Shown: positions 34,402 through 48,056, counted from the stretch's first letter. The stretch is DNA of 64,000 nt from Takakia lepidozioides (GCA_030704615.1 CM060732.1:1488001-1552000); one strand, 5' to 3'. The notes: a model not told the origin generated them from the sequence alone. Made by a program: numbers and translations.

Positions 34402-35687
34402 TGCAAGTGTGTACTTCACGAAAAAGTGTGGTGGGAATTCGAGCCTCTCTCTTGCCATTGCCTATAGCTCCAGTGAATGCCAAATTCAAGATAACGCACA
34501 CACAGGTAGAAACTAGAAAACACGATGTGTGGATGTAGTAGAGAGATTTGTTTTTTCTTTTTAACAAAAGAAAATATTGGCGTCGAGATGTGCGGGAAGG
34601 GGATTTCGACCCTTGCCCAATGTAGCTACAATGACAGCTCCTAACCACCGAACTACCCATGTTATTTCGTGAAAAAGGGGTCATGTTTTGTATTTAAAGT
34701 CATTTAGGGCCTGGGTTCTGGCCTACATGGGGCCCACTGGACACCCACCAACTTTCCATTGAATGTGGTTTTCTCCTACATATGATTTTGTTTGGGCCTC
34801 ATTCTTGTTGTGTAACCATTAGCACTCATCGTACTACACCCATGCAAATTAAAGATGGGATTTTTTAAAAAACAAAAAAAAAATGAAACTTTCAATGTTT
34901 GCTACTTTGGTCTACTTCACATGAAGAGTGTAGGAAGTTGAAAAGAAACTAAAGCTTGAGTACCCTCACGCTAGACTACATGTGGTTTGTGGTCTACATG
35001 ATTTTAGTTGGACTTCAAACTTTGCATGCACCCTATGCATGATGTCGTTAAGCTTGGGGAACAAGAACGGAGTGAAAAAAAAATCGCTTAGATCTCTAAC
35101 CATAGCACCTAATTATACTCTAGTTGTGGACGTTTATGGACCTTTTGTGGAACCTAAATGAACATTTTTGGACTTAAGTGAATACTTGTGGATAGGATAT
35201 ACACCATTGTGGACCTTTCAAGATTTTGGATTCTGCATGGAAAATAATGGAAATGGCTGGAAAACTTTAATGCCCACTTTGGACACTTTTGGAAGGCGAG
35301 GGTACTACCCGGGAGGCAGCGGGGACAAGGAGGGTCCAGTGGGCCCCACGTAGGCCAGAACCCAGGCCCTAAATGACTTTAAATACAAAACATGACCCCA
35401 TTTTCATGAAATATCATGGGTGGTTCAGTGGTTAGGAGTAGTCATTGGGAGGGTTTCACAGGGCAGGGGTCGTATTTCCCTTCCCGCTCCTACCCCTCAA
35501 CGCTATTACCTTTTTTTGTTTAAAAAGAAAAAAAAAAACAAATCTCTCTACCACATCCACACATCGTGTTTTCTAGTTTCTACCTGTGTGTGCCTTATCT
35601 TGAATTTGGCATTCACTGGAGCTATAGGCAATGGCAAGAGAGAGGCTCGAATTCCCACCACACTTTTTCGTGAAGCACACACTTGCA
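34402..35687. mobile_element. Non-autonomous foldback (MULE-like) element with ~340-bp TIRs
   Basis: 34402-34742 is the reverse complement of 35334-35687, with a ~590-bp AT-rich non-coding spacer. Confidence 0.8.
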
Positions 35688-36479
35688 AATCTACATATAA
35701 GCCCCCCACCTCCCCTTGCTGCTCCCTCTCTCTCTCTAGAAAAACTGAGATTGAGGGTGACTGAGCGGGATAGGCACATGTAAACTAAGAGACTGAGAGG
35801 CTGAAACAAATATGCAGAAAAGAGACCCTACCGCGGGGCAAACAGTATGGTATTATTCTTCCTCCCATTAGTCGATGGTCTAATACATCCCACGGCCCAC
35901 GGCCCACACCACTCTGGTTGTACCCATATTCACCCTCTTCCCAACAACTGAATCGTGATCCCCATCAGCCATTCATGAACAGCAGCCTTGTCTTCAATCG
36001 AATGGCTTTATACTAATGAAACATCACAATATACTGTCCGTATATGGCGCCTTCCCTCATGACGCTGGCAGACTTCAGAGTTTAAATATTCCAAGACACC
36101 CAATCTACATGAGCTGCTGGTCATGAGGTCGAAATGAACTGAACCCCCACATCTGAAGCCATACCCAAATATGACACTGAAGCAGGACTGTAGGTTAGTT
36201 TTTCCACTATCTACTCATGGTTTAAAACTGAAAAATGCAGTAAGCAACAATTTGATAAGGAAATGAGCTGCCGCTGCTCATAGACAACGATCCTCAAATA
36301 CCAATTGCTACCTATGGTAGCTTTCCTGAGTCAACCGTGTAATCTCCCAAATCCCAATGCCAAAACCATGCAGCCAGTGCCCTAATGTCAACTGGAAATT
36401 AGTTTCACCATCTTGGCTCGTAATCAATCACTACAGGCTGCCGCAGCAACTAAGTATCAAGGATGAAAAGAAAAATTCT

Positions 36480-37200
36480 TTTGATTTTTTATTTATTTAT
36501 ATTATTCGCATTCATTCACCATAAATGCACAGTTGAGTATGATCAGATTTCAAAAAACATCACTAGATGGAAACCCATCTTCAAGGAATCAAAACATAAC
36601 CCATGGATCAGTCTTCCTTGCTTCAGTTCATAGTTGATTGCTGCAGACCAACCAGCCCATCTACCGAGAGTATAGCCGCACCAAGGATGATTGACCTAAA
36701 GTGAAGATGCCCCAAATTAGCGACTACGATAATACCCAAGGAATCGACCAGCCATCAGCCACAAGTTGCAGCACTTAGACCTGAATGCCCATCATCATCA
36801 GTTACCCCAAACAACCACCTTCATCTTCCTTCAATAACAATTATCATCTCAGGTTCACACCGCTCCATGGAGCCTCCTTCTCACCATCAAATTGACTACG
36901 TCCTCCAAACCTCTCTCAATCTTATCTCCCACTACAATGCCAAAGAAAAAAAGTCTAGATTGCCTGAAGCACCAAGTTTAAATCCTATCCAACATCTACC
37001 CTGCTGCCGCCAAAGCTTCCCACCATGCCTGGGATTCTTCGCCTCCATATCTAGAAAGCTGTAGAAGCTGCGAAGAATCAAACTTATCTCATAACTCAGC
37101 CGAAACTACATAAAAGCTGCGAGCTGCCAGGCATCAATTGCATACCAGTCCATTGCTTACATCAAACCTGGATTTTGTTGCATGTCACCCCAGTCCCCCT
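36480..37200 (-). mobile_element. 3' end of an L1-like LINE, including the outer IR arm 36560-36831
   Basis: Trp-rich decayed C-terminal ORF2-like sequence, homology to 32493-32572 and 34129-34400, and an A-rich tail on the minus strand near 36476-36500. Confidence 0.45.
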
Positions 37201-37541
37201 TTCCAATAAGACAGGCCCTGCAGCAAATGATGACCTGAGAGGCAAAGCTCTTTGTTGGTACAATTGTGTGAACCAACAATGTAGCTACACCCAAGTGGGG
37301 CTTGAACCCACTCGCATGCCCAACTATTTCCAGCTTGCATGTGGGTGAAAGGTGCACGGGGCAAACTGCAAGTACTATGGCCTACTGCTCGCCAAGGCCA
37401 TGGTACTTGCCCCCCCTATAACATGCAAAGTATGGATGCAATGGATGCAAGACCGAGTAAATGGATGCAATGGAAATGCCCACCCCCCCAAAATCCCCAC
37501 AATGCAGAATGTATGCAAGGAACGTCTTGTATCTTATGTAG

Positions 37542-40500
37542 CTAGTCGTTGCCAGAATCCAAAGCTGCAATTGCAGCCCTTATCCCTTCTTCAGCATATT
37601 CAGGCAATTTGTAAACCGGATCATTCCCTACAACCCTGTAGTCGCATGGCAGCATAGGAAACTTGATGGCATGCACATGTTCAGAGTGCAGAAAGACCAC
37701 TTGTGATTTTTTCAGAAATACATACGTGTCTTCCGCTCTCCCTCACTTCTGGTAATACTTTCCTGCAATTACCATGTCTCCTTCTACAAACGAAGTGCCC
37801 CATGCATCAGTGAATGGCTTCTTCACTGCATGGAGAGCCCGACTACAACAAATGATGTAAAAGTCTACCTGTTCATCATTGTTTTCCTCAACATTGACTG
37901 CGAAATTGTCTCCAATTTCAATGAGGGATGCCAAATAATCACCATTGATGCCAAACTGGTCCCAATCCTCATCTGCATCTTTCTCCATGGCATGAGCTGA
38001 GTCAATACAGAAACAATAGAAGCAAGCCAACCCTTTTATCATGAGTTTGTTAGTATCGCGACTGGCAACAGATCTGACTGAATGTAGTTTCTTGATTCCC
38101 TTGATAACATCACAGTCATGCAGTGAACGACGGTTGATATCCTCTTCCTTTACATCCCAGAAAACTCGACGGACATCAGATCTCTGCCAGTAGGAAGACT
38201 CTGGTCTTGAGGACAACCGTTCTCTCAAAAATCTTACAACATCCTCCGCATTTTGCAGCTTCGGGGCCGAGACATCTAGCTGTGCAGTACGTATCTTTTG
38301 ACAACTGCACCCGCTCCATCATGAGGGCATGCCCTGTACCAAAGAAGCTCCAAAGCAAAGTGCAACCCCCCGTGAGATGAGGGTACCTGCTGACAAAATA
38401 CCATGGCACTTTGGACTTGAATTGCCATCACTCCATATCCAATGTTGTGATGGACGAAACAAGGTAGTGGTCACATGCTGCCAATGCAGCTGCAAGCAAT
38501 GTTGAACAAAGTAGTTGTCATGTGTTTTGTCGTCCGAGATAAAGAAATGGTACTCCATCAAGCTATCAGAGCCAAGGCCACTCAAATTTGGGTTAGGATT
38601 TCAACGCCAGGTTATTAAGACCAAGATTGTAATCTGGTAAGAATGCCAGTGCATGCTTTGCACTTCCTTCTGAATTTCAAAACTGTAATTTTCCGCAAAA
38701 TCGACCACTGAAACCAACACGTCAGCAGGAAAATTCTTCAAGCACTCCCTGAACTGTCTGTCTTCCCACTGAGCAACAAAATTATGACGAATGAAGAACT
38801 GAAGTTTAGGCTTCAAATACCGAATAAGCTCGTGAGGTGGAGTCCGCTTGTAGAGGAGGGTGAGTTTCTTTCTTTCTTCTCCTTTCTTTGTCAAGATTGT
38901 TTGTAAAGAGAAGTGCCTCCACTGCACTAGGTGCTCTGATGAATCATCATCCTCAAGAGGGCACAGAGATAGTTTTCAACACCACAAGCTTGGCACTCTC
39001 CATACATGCACTCTTTCCTGTGCCAATCACTATACTCATCTTTTGGGCATACCACTGACTCCCACATATGAGTAACCCTTGAAAAAGTATATAGAGCACC
39101 TCTGCAGCCCTGTACAACATCCGGCTGACATATATATTCACATTCACAATCACATGATCCATTACAATGGATACCTGACTTGGCTCGCATGTTGTTGAAG
39201 CCCACTCGCAACTCTTCCATTTCCACATGATAAATGCAGCAACACACATTCCTGTTTTTCATTCTCTTTACAAAGAATGGTTTTAATGCATCAAATGACC
39301 GGCTTCCAATTATGATGTCAGGGTGTGCTCTTTGGAATCGTAAAAAGAACTCCATCTGCACAAGAAAGGCACCTGTCAATCCCAAAATGTCATGAAAAAC
39401 ATTCTTACAACGAGCTAGCAGAGTATTAAACTGTATATGCACTAAGACAGTATTGTCTACTAGTCCACAACATGTCCTACTATCCACAGAAGTCTATGGT
39501 GAGTCCATGAATAGCGGCATGGTCAGCACAGAGTAACTCGCAAGTCCACAAACCAGTCATTGTTTCCACAAGACTTCACAAATAATCCACAACATTTCGC
39601 TGCAATTGCAACCGACAAACAAATCATGGACTGGCACTCCACAACCTGACATTGAATCCAGGGGACTCCACATTCAACCCACAAGACTCCACATTTCCAA
39701 TGTACCTTGCTGTAGAGCTCATGGGATGTCCATGGCTCAACCTCCGAGCATTCCATAAGAACATAGACAATTCAAAGACATTTCACATACAGTGAGAAGA
39801 CATGTAGAGTTGTACCTGAGGCTCCATCAAGTAGTGTGTAGGCTTTACATCGTACTGAAACGCAGCGAGACGCTTCCGAGTGACATCTTTTGCATTAGGA
39901 CTGACTCGTGTTTGGGACACCCACCAAGAGACCACAACATCCCTCGTTGCAACTGAAATTGTATCACGTCTCGTCTTCCTTATAGACAAACTCCACATGA
40001 ATCCTTCGCGAGCAGATGCCATATCCTCGCGGCGTGCTACTGCCGCGCTTATATTATGGGGATGAACACCTAACAGAGATGCCGTAGATCTATACGAGGA
40101 ACCACACCCATTGTTAACCACTGCTGTTAGTAGCGCATGCTTGCTCGCTAATTTGCCTGCGGAGTTAGGGTTTTTAATCTCAGCCAGCGATTTTGTCAGT
40201 CCATCGATGATCTGTTGTTGAGCAATAATGGTCTTTCCATCTTGCAAAGCAAATGGCATCACAGGGATGAGTGAAGTGTGCGAAATGACCTTCTCCATGA
40301 TGTGTCGTTTGCTTGAAGGTCCCGGGAACACTTTCAAAGTGTTACAAATGCATGTCACAATCGTATGGCAGGCCCTTCTAATCTCTCGATCCCTTACAAC
40401 TTCCTCCGTGTTTTGCTCCAAGTCACCTACAGTGTGCGAAACATTCTGGGCATGTGACTCTTTGTTCCTCGCTCTAGATCGGCGGACGCGTTCAAGTACC

Positions 40501-40560
40501 TCATCTCTCAATGCGCGTCTAGCCCTTTCTCTAGGCCCAGGTCTCGTGTGCGCAGAAGTG
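37542..40560 (-). pseudogene. Sola2-like DDD transposase with intron, frameshifts and stops
   Basis: VCCCIYHVE, Cys clusters, VVDFAENYSFEIQKEVQSMHWHSYQITIL, FISDDKTHD, WIWSDG, FFGTGH, LHSVRS, CFYCFC. Phase-0 GT-AG intron 39356-39815 (MEPQ|MEFF); stop TAG at 37542. Confidence 0.75.
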
Positions 40561-43500
40561 AAGGACTTAGAAAACATACAATGAAGGGACAAATTAGGTT
40601 TAAAACATTCTACACTACTTAGCAAACAATGCACGAACGAAGATATTCAGTTTAGGGAGGCAAAGCATTTGTTGCAAGAGCTGAATGCCCGTGATAGCCA
40701 AATCTCAAGCCCATCATGTTGATGCGAATGAAAATGTCCATGCACAGGGCCATCTTGGAGACTCCACCAACCACCAACGTGCAAGTAAGTTTTAGGGTCT
40801 CCCCCACCAACTCTCACACACAACACCCAATCATCAAAAACTGAGCTCGTCATTTCCACACACACACGGGCACCATCTGCACGCCCCATGGATGTATATA
40901 TTCTGAAACGTTATGCAAAAGGATATCGCCATGCATGGGGCCTGGTCTACGCAGAACTACAACAAAGGCTCAACTACGAGAGCTCCTATTCTGTCAGTTA
41001 CCAACGCAATTCCATCAGCGACAAAGGTCAACGAAGGTGAACAAAAATATTTCAATCTGCCCAACGAACTTGCCCAAGAAAAAATAAATTTTAGAGTTTG
41101 AAATTGAATAAAAGATCACATTCCAAAAAGCCAAAAGTACCTTATACAAGGACAGAAGAGCTACCTTCGTTCAACTTAGGTCCAACAAATATATATATTT
41201 TTCACCAGCATCATTGGACATTTCCGTAACATACGATAATCCAAGCTAGAGATTAAAACGACTAAAAAACATGCAGATTTTTTCCACGTTCGTGCAAAAT
41301 TCTTCCACATTAAAAGTCCATATCTCATGTTTTTTTTTTTTTTTTTTTTTTTTCTCCCAACATCCATTTATTTCGTTTTAACCTTTATGTTCTCCCGCTC
41401 AGCCTCCACCTTCGGCAGTCAAAGGTGCATGTCAGTACAATGTTGATTTTTTATTTTTTATTTTTTATTTTTTCGTATTTTATTTTTACCTCTGTATTTT
41501 CCCGCTCAGACTCCACTGGCAGCAAAAGGTGGCATGTCAGTACAGCCCCGTGTCATTTTTCATCATTGTTTCTCACAAATCCAAGCATACAATTACAGGC
41601 AGCCCAAGAAAAAATATTATATTGCCATGTGGCCGTCGTTTGCGCATCCACGTCACACTAATGTCTGATGGCTGATAGAATAGCAAACCCCCTCAACTAC
41701 AAATGTCGGCTTGGAGTGGAAAGGCGTACTGGAATGAGAGCCACACACATTCAAACTATTCACTGCAAAGCTCAAAACTTCAAGTTCTACATCCTCAGAG
41801 CTTAGGTATTCGTAGTCACTACCATAGATTCTCATTGCAAATAACCACACAGCTCACCGAAACACAGAAGCGTCCACGATTAGAGAAACAGGAAGACGAC
41901 AGTGCAAGTGTGCGCGCAAATCGCGATAGGCAGAACATTTTCAAAATTGGGTTTTGCACGAAATACGAAAAATAAAATATAAAAATTGAAAAATTGAAAA
42001 CCGACACGTCATTGCCTATGTGACATGTGTGTGTGTAGTTGTACAACGGTTTTTCAACAAACTAGTCCATTTGACACCTGGCACTTTTGGAATAATTGAT
42101 TCTACGCCTCTTTAGAAAAGGGTGATACCCCAAAAAGCCACAAATGAAGATAGTATAGACTAGGCTAAATTGCCCTATTTTTCAAGCATAAAAAAGTCCA
42201 TAGTTATTAATTCCCGATGCTATTTGTCCATATGAAAATGGCTTTGAGTTGGTTTCAAAAATGGCACCCCTAGGATGTTTTCCTTTGCATCTTTGCATGA
42301 GTGTACATTATGTTTATTTAGTCCATAGCATTTTGTACTGTAACATCTGCAATCCACAATTTTCTACTTTGAAAGTCCATAGCTCTCCATAAGGAGGCTT
42401 TTTTCTTAATCTAACAATTGGTACATATTTCTATGGTGGTTAAGAATCTTCCACCATATAAAATTAGGTGAACTATTGAGTTGCTAAGAAATTATAAGTG
42501 AAACCATGGAAGGAGGTCATTGCAGAAACTGCCATGTTACACAGAAACTGGGACACCCAATCCTGCAAATACCAGCGCATCAACAACCGGAACATTCACC
42601 ATACTAGGGGCTACATGAGCATGAGCAATGGGGGGGGCGACATACTTCGTAATAGCCCTTAAACTTTGAACAGGCATGGTCACACCCTGCATACCACCTG
42701 ATGATACATTCGCAGCATGAGAGGGAAAATGGGTGGTGTACCTGGGAACACCACCCGACAACGTCCGGGGAGAACCGGCAGCCAGTTACATGCTAGCCGA
42801 CTGAATTCCAGAATTTCCGAATGAAATATGAAACCTCAGGAAATGGATCCGAGGGAAAAAATGGCCTAAGTGGAAATCAACCGGGTGCCCTACTTTTAGG
42901 AAGGATATTTGCCTTTCCATTTCATTACAGACAGGAAATCTGCCTTAGTTGGCAAGGCCTGGACGGATTCCGGCCCTTCTTATATTACAAAAAATGGAAA
43001 TGGCCGTCTAAGTCCACCACATGGCAGAAATCCAACGTGCCAGGCCGGGTTACATCCAAGGAAGGGCGTTTAGGTGAAAAAATATTGAACTCAAAGAGGG
43101 CGGGCCCGCGGGCAAACCCTACTAAGTCTGGACGTTGCTCTGGCAGCCCCAGCCCCCTGCTTGCACTCGCTGCCTGCTATCACAGCTCACCTGTCCACGC
43201 GGGTTCAATTCTTGGCCTCCATGTGGTTTGAAGGCATTGTGGTTTGAAGGCATTGACAGGTCCAACTTCTATAAGGATACAATGTTCTTCACTTGTTTGA
43301 ATTGCTTAAAACTGGTTGTGATTATTTATTATTATTATTATTTACTTATTGTTGTGCATTTGACACTTGTGTTGTCAACCAGTTGATATTTATAAGGGCC
43401 GAATTTATAGCTGAACACAAAATAAATCATTAGGAATATTACCGGTTGTAAAGAAATTATCTCGGAAATTGACCGGGTATAGTTACCACTAAGGGGCAGC

Positions 43501-45321
43501 AACCGACTGCCCAACCCACTTAGCCGATTGCTGCTGGGACTGAGCGGCTACTGGCTGGTTCAACTGAAATTATTTCCCGGACGCTGCCACCCGAAGAAAA
43601 ATTCCATGATGTCTGGATGGGACCAGGTATGGCAGCCATTTGTTGAGCAAAGGCTGCGTGCTGCTGCAGATAGATCAACATTAAGTGCAGCAAGACTAGA
43701 TTCAGGCACATCCGAAACAACACTACGAGTGGAATCCAGTCCAAAGATGGTCTCATTAACTCCAGCAACAAGGCTCGGGGATGATTGGACCAAAGCAGCC
43801 CCAGGTGGCGACTCAATGTCCAAAGTACCTGTGGAACCACTCAATGCCGGGGCCGGGGAAGGCATGACAGTCGGATTACAAGTTAGCACAAGGGAAGGGG
43901 GACGAATGCATGGGCTCAACATGTCCGACCGCCGAGGTGGGCGACCGTGTCACCTGACCATCAGATACCTCATTCCGGAATTGCATGTTGGGACTAGACA
44001 AACTCGTGTCAGAGGGAGTCCCGAGATCATCTGGATCCTCCAAAACAACTAAACTAGAAGGAATTTCAATTACAGAATCCATGTCAACATGACGCTCTCG
44101 GCCAGAGCGAAGCCACGGCCTAGGACTACGATCAAGCATAAACAATATTGATAACAACAAGTATAATCACCAAGAATTACCTTCACACAGACATCAGGTG
44201 AAGATTGGCCCTTCGCCAAGGCTGGTGCACAGGGCCGGGAGTCCCTTAGAACAAGAAACGACGCGCAACACGTCGTGGGAGTCTAACTCATGAACAGAAA
44301 GAGCCAGCCAGTCCCAAGCCCTTGCGGTCTTGATCCAAAAAGCAACGCGGATGGTGGGCGCGTCTTCCCACGTCCATGATAACACCGAGCGATCAGGCTG
44401 TCAAGCGGCTCAAGAACCCTCGGACGCACCACCCTCTGATCTTAGTAGGGACCCGACAAAATAATCACGTCAGAGGCCTGTCGGCCAAGTAAACCGTCAC
44501 CCGATAGCCCGTCAATTAGGTCTGAGGAGGTGGGTCTAGCTCTACACGTCTGATGATGGAAACGAAGTAGCCTTAAGATCAAAGCACCCCGAGCCCCTAA
44601 GAACCAAGAAAACTAGGTATCCTCCACTATGTTAGAAACAAGCCAGTCCTGTAAAGTTCGTTCTGCAGACAATGGAAGATGAAGGCCCAAGTCCATCCAA
44701 GACAGAGTATTATGATGAAGAAGCCGAGTCTTGAGGACTCCATGAGACAACCGCTCAGAGTTTCGCAAGTCAACAACTTGCCGAGTCAGATAACGAGCAT
44801 GCACTACAACTAGAACATGATCAGAACCAGGACGAGTTAGAACCGATTCGTGATGCTCGGTGAGGCAGCACGCATCAAGCACAACGGCCCTTTCTACTTT
44901 GTCAAACCAAAAACGATAAGTGGAAAACAATTCACATAAAAAAGCATCAAACTCCTGAGACCTCTCTATGTCCCTTTCAAGCTCGTGCTCACGCCGCTGA
45001 GGATCCAGATAGTCAGGCCCTGGGTCATAAAAGTTGTCAAAATTATAGTACTCCGGGTCACAACTGTCTAAAGAACTGGGCGAACGCTCGCTCTGCGACT
45101 TCCAAGCGTCCGCCGCTAACACATTACTATAATCACTAGTGCTAGGTCATGCCAAATGAATGCAATGGAGGCCAAAAACGGGAAGTGGTGGGCTGAGTAC
45201 GATTATAACTGTGAATGGTGATCGTCAACAGAACTGACGTGCATGTCTTGGATGACTCGTGTTTGGATGAGTTTAATGGTTTGGATGAGATTAGCTGGGG
45301 TGAATTAGGAGTCATGGGGGG

Positions 45322-45413
45322 TTTGAGTAGACTGGATGAAATTATTTGAGTAGACCGGATGAAATTATTTGAGTAGACTGGATGAAATTATTTGAGTAGA
45401 CCGGATGAAATTA
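45322..45413 (+). repeat. 23-bp minisatellite, 4 copies (2 x 46-bp higher-order unit)
   Basis: tttgagtagac[t/c]ggatgaaatta with variants T,C,T,C. Two more degenerate units at 45761-45816 lie inside a duplicated block (45262-45350 vs 45697-45816). Confidence 0.92.
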
Positions 45414-46649
45414 TGTGGGGGCAGGTGCCGGTCTATGGGCCAGTGGGTGTCGTGAATGGCGCTAATACAAGTCATAACGGTAGTCTGGGTTGCATCGTAT
45501 TAAGTTGCTTGGGTAAAGTCTTATGGTGTGGAGATGGGCTGATTGGGTGAGGGTGGGTTGGGAGTGAGGTAAATGAGTGTATAATTGTGGGTGAATGCAT
45601 TGGAGGCCAGTGACGGAATGTGGTGCGCTGGGTGTGATTATAACAGTTGATGATGGTAGTAAACGGATGTGACGTACGTGCCTTGGATGAATCATGATTG
45701 GATGAGTTTAATAGTGGTTTGGATGAAAGTAGCTGGGGTGACTCCGGTGACATGGGGGGGTTTGAGTAGACTGGGTGAAATTATTTGAGTAGACCAGATG
45801 AAATTACTTGAGTAGATGCCAAGTTGCTCCTTAGGGACTTCTAAACTGGAATGCAAAGTTACAGCGACCTCAAGCTGAACTCGAAAGGACCCTCGTTCTC
45901 TACGAGCAACACAACTATAGATCTCAACTCCTACGTTAGAAACACAATAGGCACAACGGTGAGGAAAAAAAACACAGCAAGCAGCAGGGTGGCGGGCCGC
46001 CATCCCTAAGAGGAGCTGCTTAGCACAAAACAGCCGCGTAAGCAAAGTTTCTCAGAGATCAACGTAATCAACAATCTACGCACTACCCGGGAGCCTCCAC
46101 CACATTCTGAGCTTGAGATTACATGCTCCTTTCCTCTCAATGTGCATGCAAGATCAAGGGGCAAAGCAGGATGTTAAACTACGAGAGGGGAATCAACGCG
46201 TAGAACAAGGTGTTCAAGGTGTTTTCAAGCTCTGCGTGTGTCAGATTGTGTCAGCCCACACATACCAAATATCTTGTACACAAAGACCCCCTGACCAGCG
46301 GTCAGGGCGGGTTTATACAGCAGACCCTAAAGCAAGGCTTGCCTGCCGCGTGGCGAGGCGCAAGAGGCCCGCTACGCGGCGCCTCATTTTTTATTTTCGA
46401 CTTAGAGGTTCTTGTTAACTCTTGTGCATCATGCACTAGAGCATGTAGCCCAATGGTTGGGAGTTTATGCCTTGCTTGTGCATAACCTATGTGATCTAGG
46501 GATCACGGAGTCCCTGACGGAAGCGTAAATTATGATGTCTCTTCATCCCAGGGACTACTGCGTTCTGTTTGAAGGTTTCGGTCTTTTATAAAGCTTTTCA
46601 GGTTTTTGTATCATACGATGGCACCATCCTGACCGGTCTTTACGTACTA

Positions 46650-46746
46650 CCCCCTAGGGCGCATTATGGCTCCTAGTGAGTCACTAGGGCGAGGCCAGTA
46701 GGCCGAGACCTAGGACGAACTAGGTGCCATAATGCGCCCTAGGGGG
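46650..46746. repeat. 97-bp palindromic hairpin
   Basis: 28-bp arms ccccctagggcgcattatggc[t/a]cctagt (1 mismatch) plus an imperfect inner stem closing on ggcc-agta-ggcc. Confidence 0.9.
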
Positions 46747-46753
46747 CGCTTCC

Positions 46754-46960
46754 CAGGCGTAAAGGAATTTTAGGGGCAGATTATGCGAGGCCCTGATTGG
46801 CTGCAGGCCATAATGAGGCAATAAAAGTCAAACTGCCGATTATGGCAGTCAAACAGCCGATTAGGAATGCAGAATGCGCCAGCGCCTGGAGCGTCGATCT
46901 TCTGCATTTTAATTTGCCTCAAAAAAGGCAGAAGCTGCCCCCTAAATCCTTTACGCAATG
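46754..46960. mobile_element. Small MITE with ~22-bp TIRs
   Basis: gcgtaaaggaattttaggggcag (46757-46779) vs ctgccccctaaatcctttacgc (46935-46956); no TSD seen. Confidence 0.6.
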
Positions 46961-48056
46961 GTAAGAGACATAACAACGATGGAGCGCTGAAGGCACCATG
47001 CATCATATCCCAGGTAATGCTATGTCCAAAGTGACCTACGTGATCACACAGTCGAATGCAAAACCCTAAAGCCTAAAATTCTTCTAACCTAGTAGTGTGT
47101 ACTCTAAAACGAGATCTCTTGAGAATCACCAGACTTGTTGGACAGAGGTAACTGACGTTGGCAGAGATCGAATATGTTGGGTTTTCAAGACTCTGCAATG
47201 CTCATAGGGTTCTCCAAATCACATTTACTTGTGTAAGATGAGAATAGCGGAATTCTGCGTGTAGAGTTCAAGACAGATTTCCGGGTCTCTACTGACACTA
47301 AGGTGAGTTGCAAAGTTTAGCCCCACATTGGTGCTTGCAAATGGAGCCCCTTTGTGATTATATGTGCATTGTATTAGCATTCTGAGTGTTCCTTCCCTTC
47401 CTTGTCTCAAAGTTACTTGGGAGGATGAATCTTGGAGAGATAAGGGCTTATGAGTTGGAATTCTTGCAAGAACCTTGCAAATGTAAGTGCATTTGAGGGA
47501 AATGGTATACATTCTCAGTTCCAACAATGCTGCACACCACTTACAACTTCATTGGACATGGTAACATAATGACTGCAAGAAAAGACACATGATATCTTAC
47601 ACTCCATTCCACCACGGGACATTGTGAGCCATAAACTTCAGGAGACACTAAATTAGTTTGTAGTCACTACCCTGGTGTGGTAGATACCAATAAACTATTC
47701 AGCATCAATCAGCTTCATCTGAGAGTAATGCCTTTAATTCTGTGGTATTGACGTGATCAGCACACTTCTGTGATTTTCAGAGAAACTTCAAGCTGAATGA
47801 GGGACAAAAACAACTTAACAAGATTCAGCAAACAACCCTGTGCAAAGCAGAAATAAACCATGTAAGCTCTACTGACCTATGATCAGCTTCACCTTTGTCA
47901 CCAACAGCAACTATGCAGCTGATAGGTCAGTAATACACCCACTGCGTAGTGGAATTGAGAGCCACTAAGTCATTTATCCCAAGGAGTCTGACCAATTTAG
48001 CTGTCAGGGATCGCAATCTCAATGCTGCCTGGTTATCAATGTGGCAGGCTGGGCCC

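Noticed and set aside
37285-37320. tRNA gene (GGGTTCAAGCCCCAC on minus strand)
   Set aside because: Only a T-arm/B-box-like piece; no A box, D arm or acceptor stem can be built.
45322-45413. CRISPR-like array
   Set aside because: Units are head-to-tail with no unique spacers, there are no cas genes, and the context is eukaryotic; it is a minisatellite.
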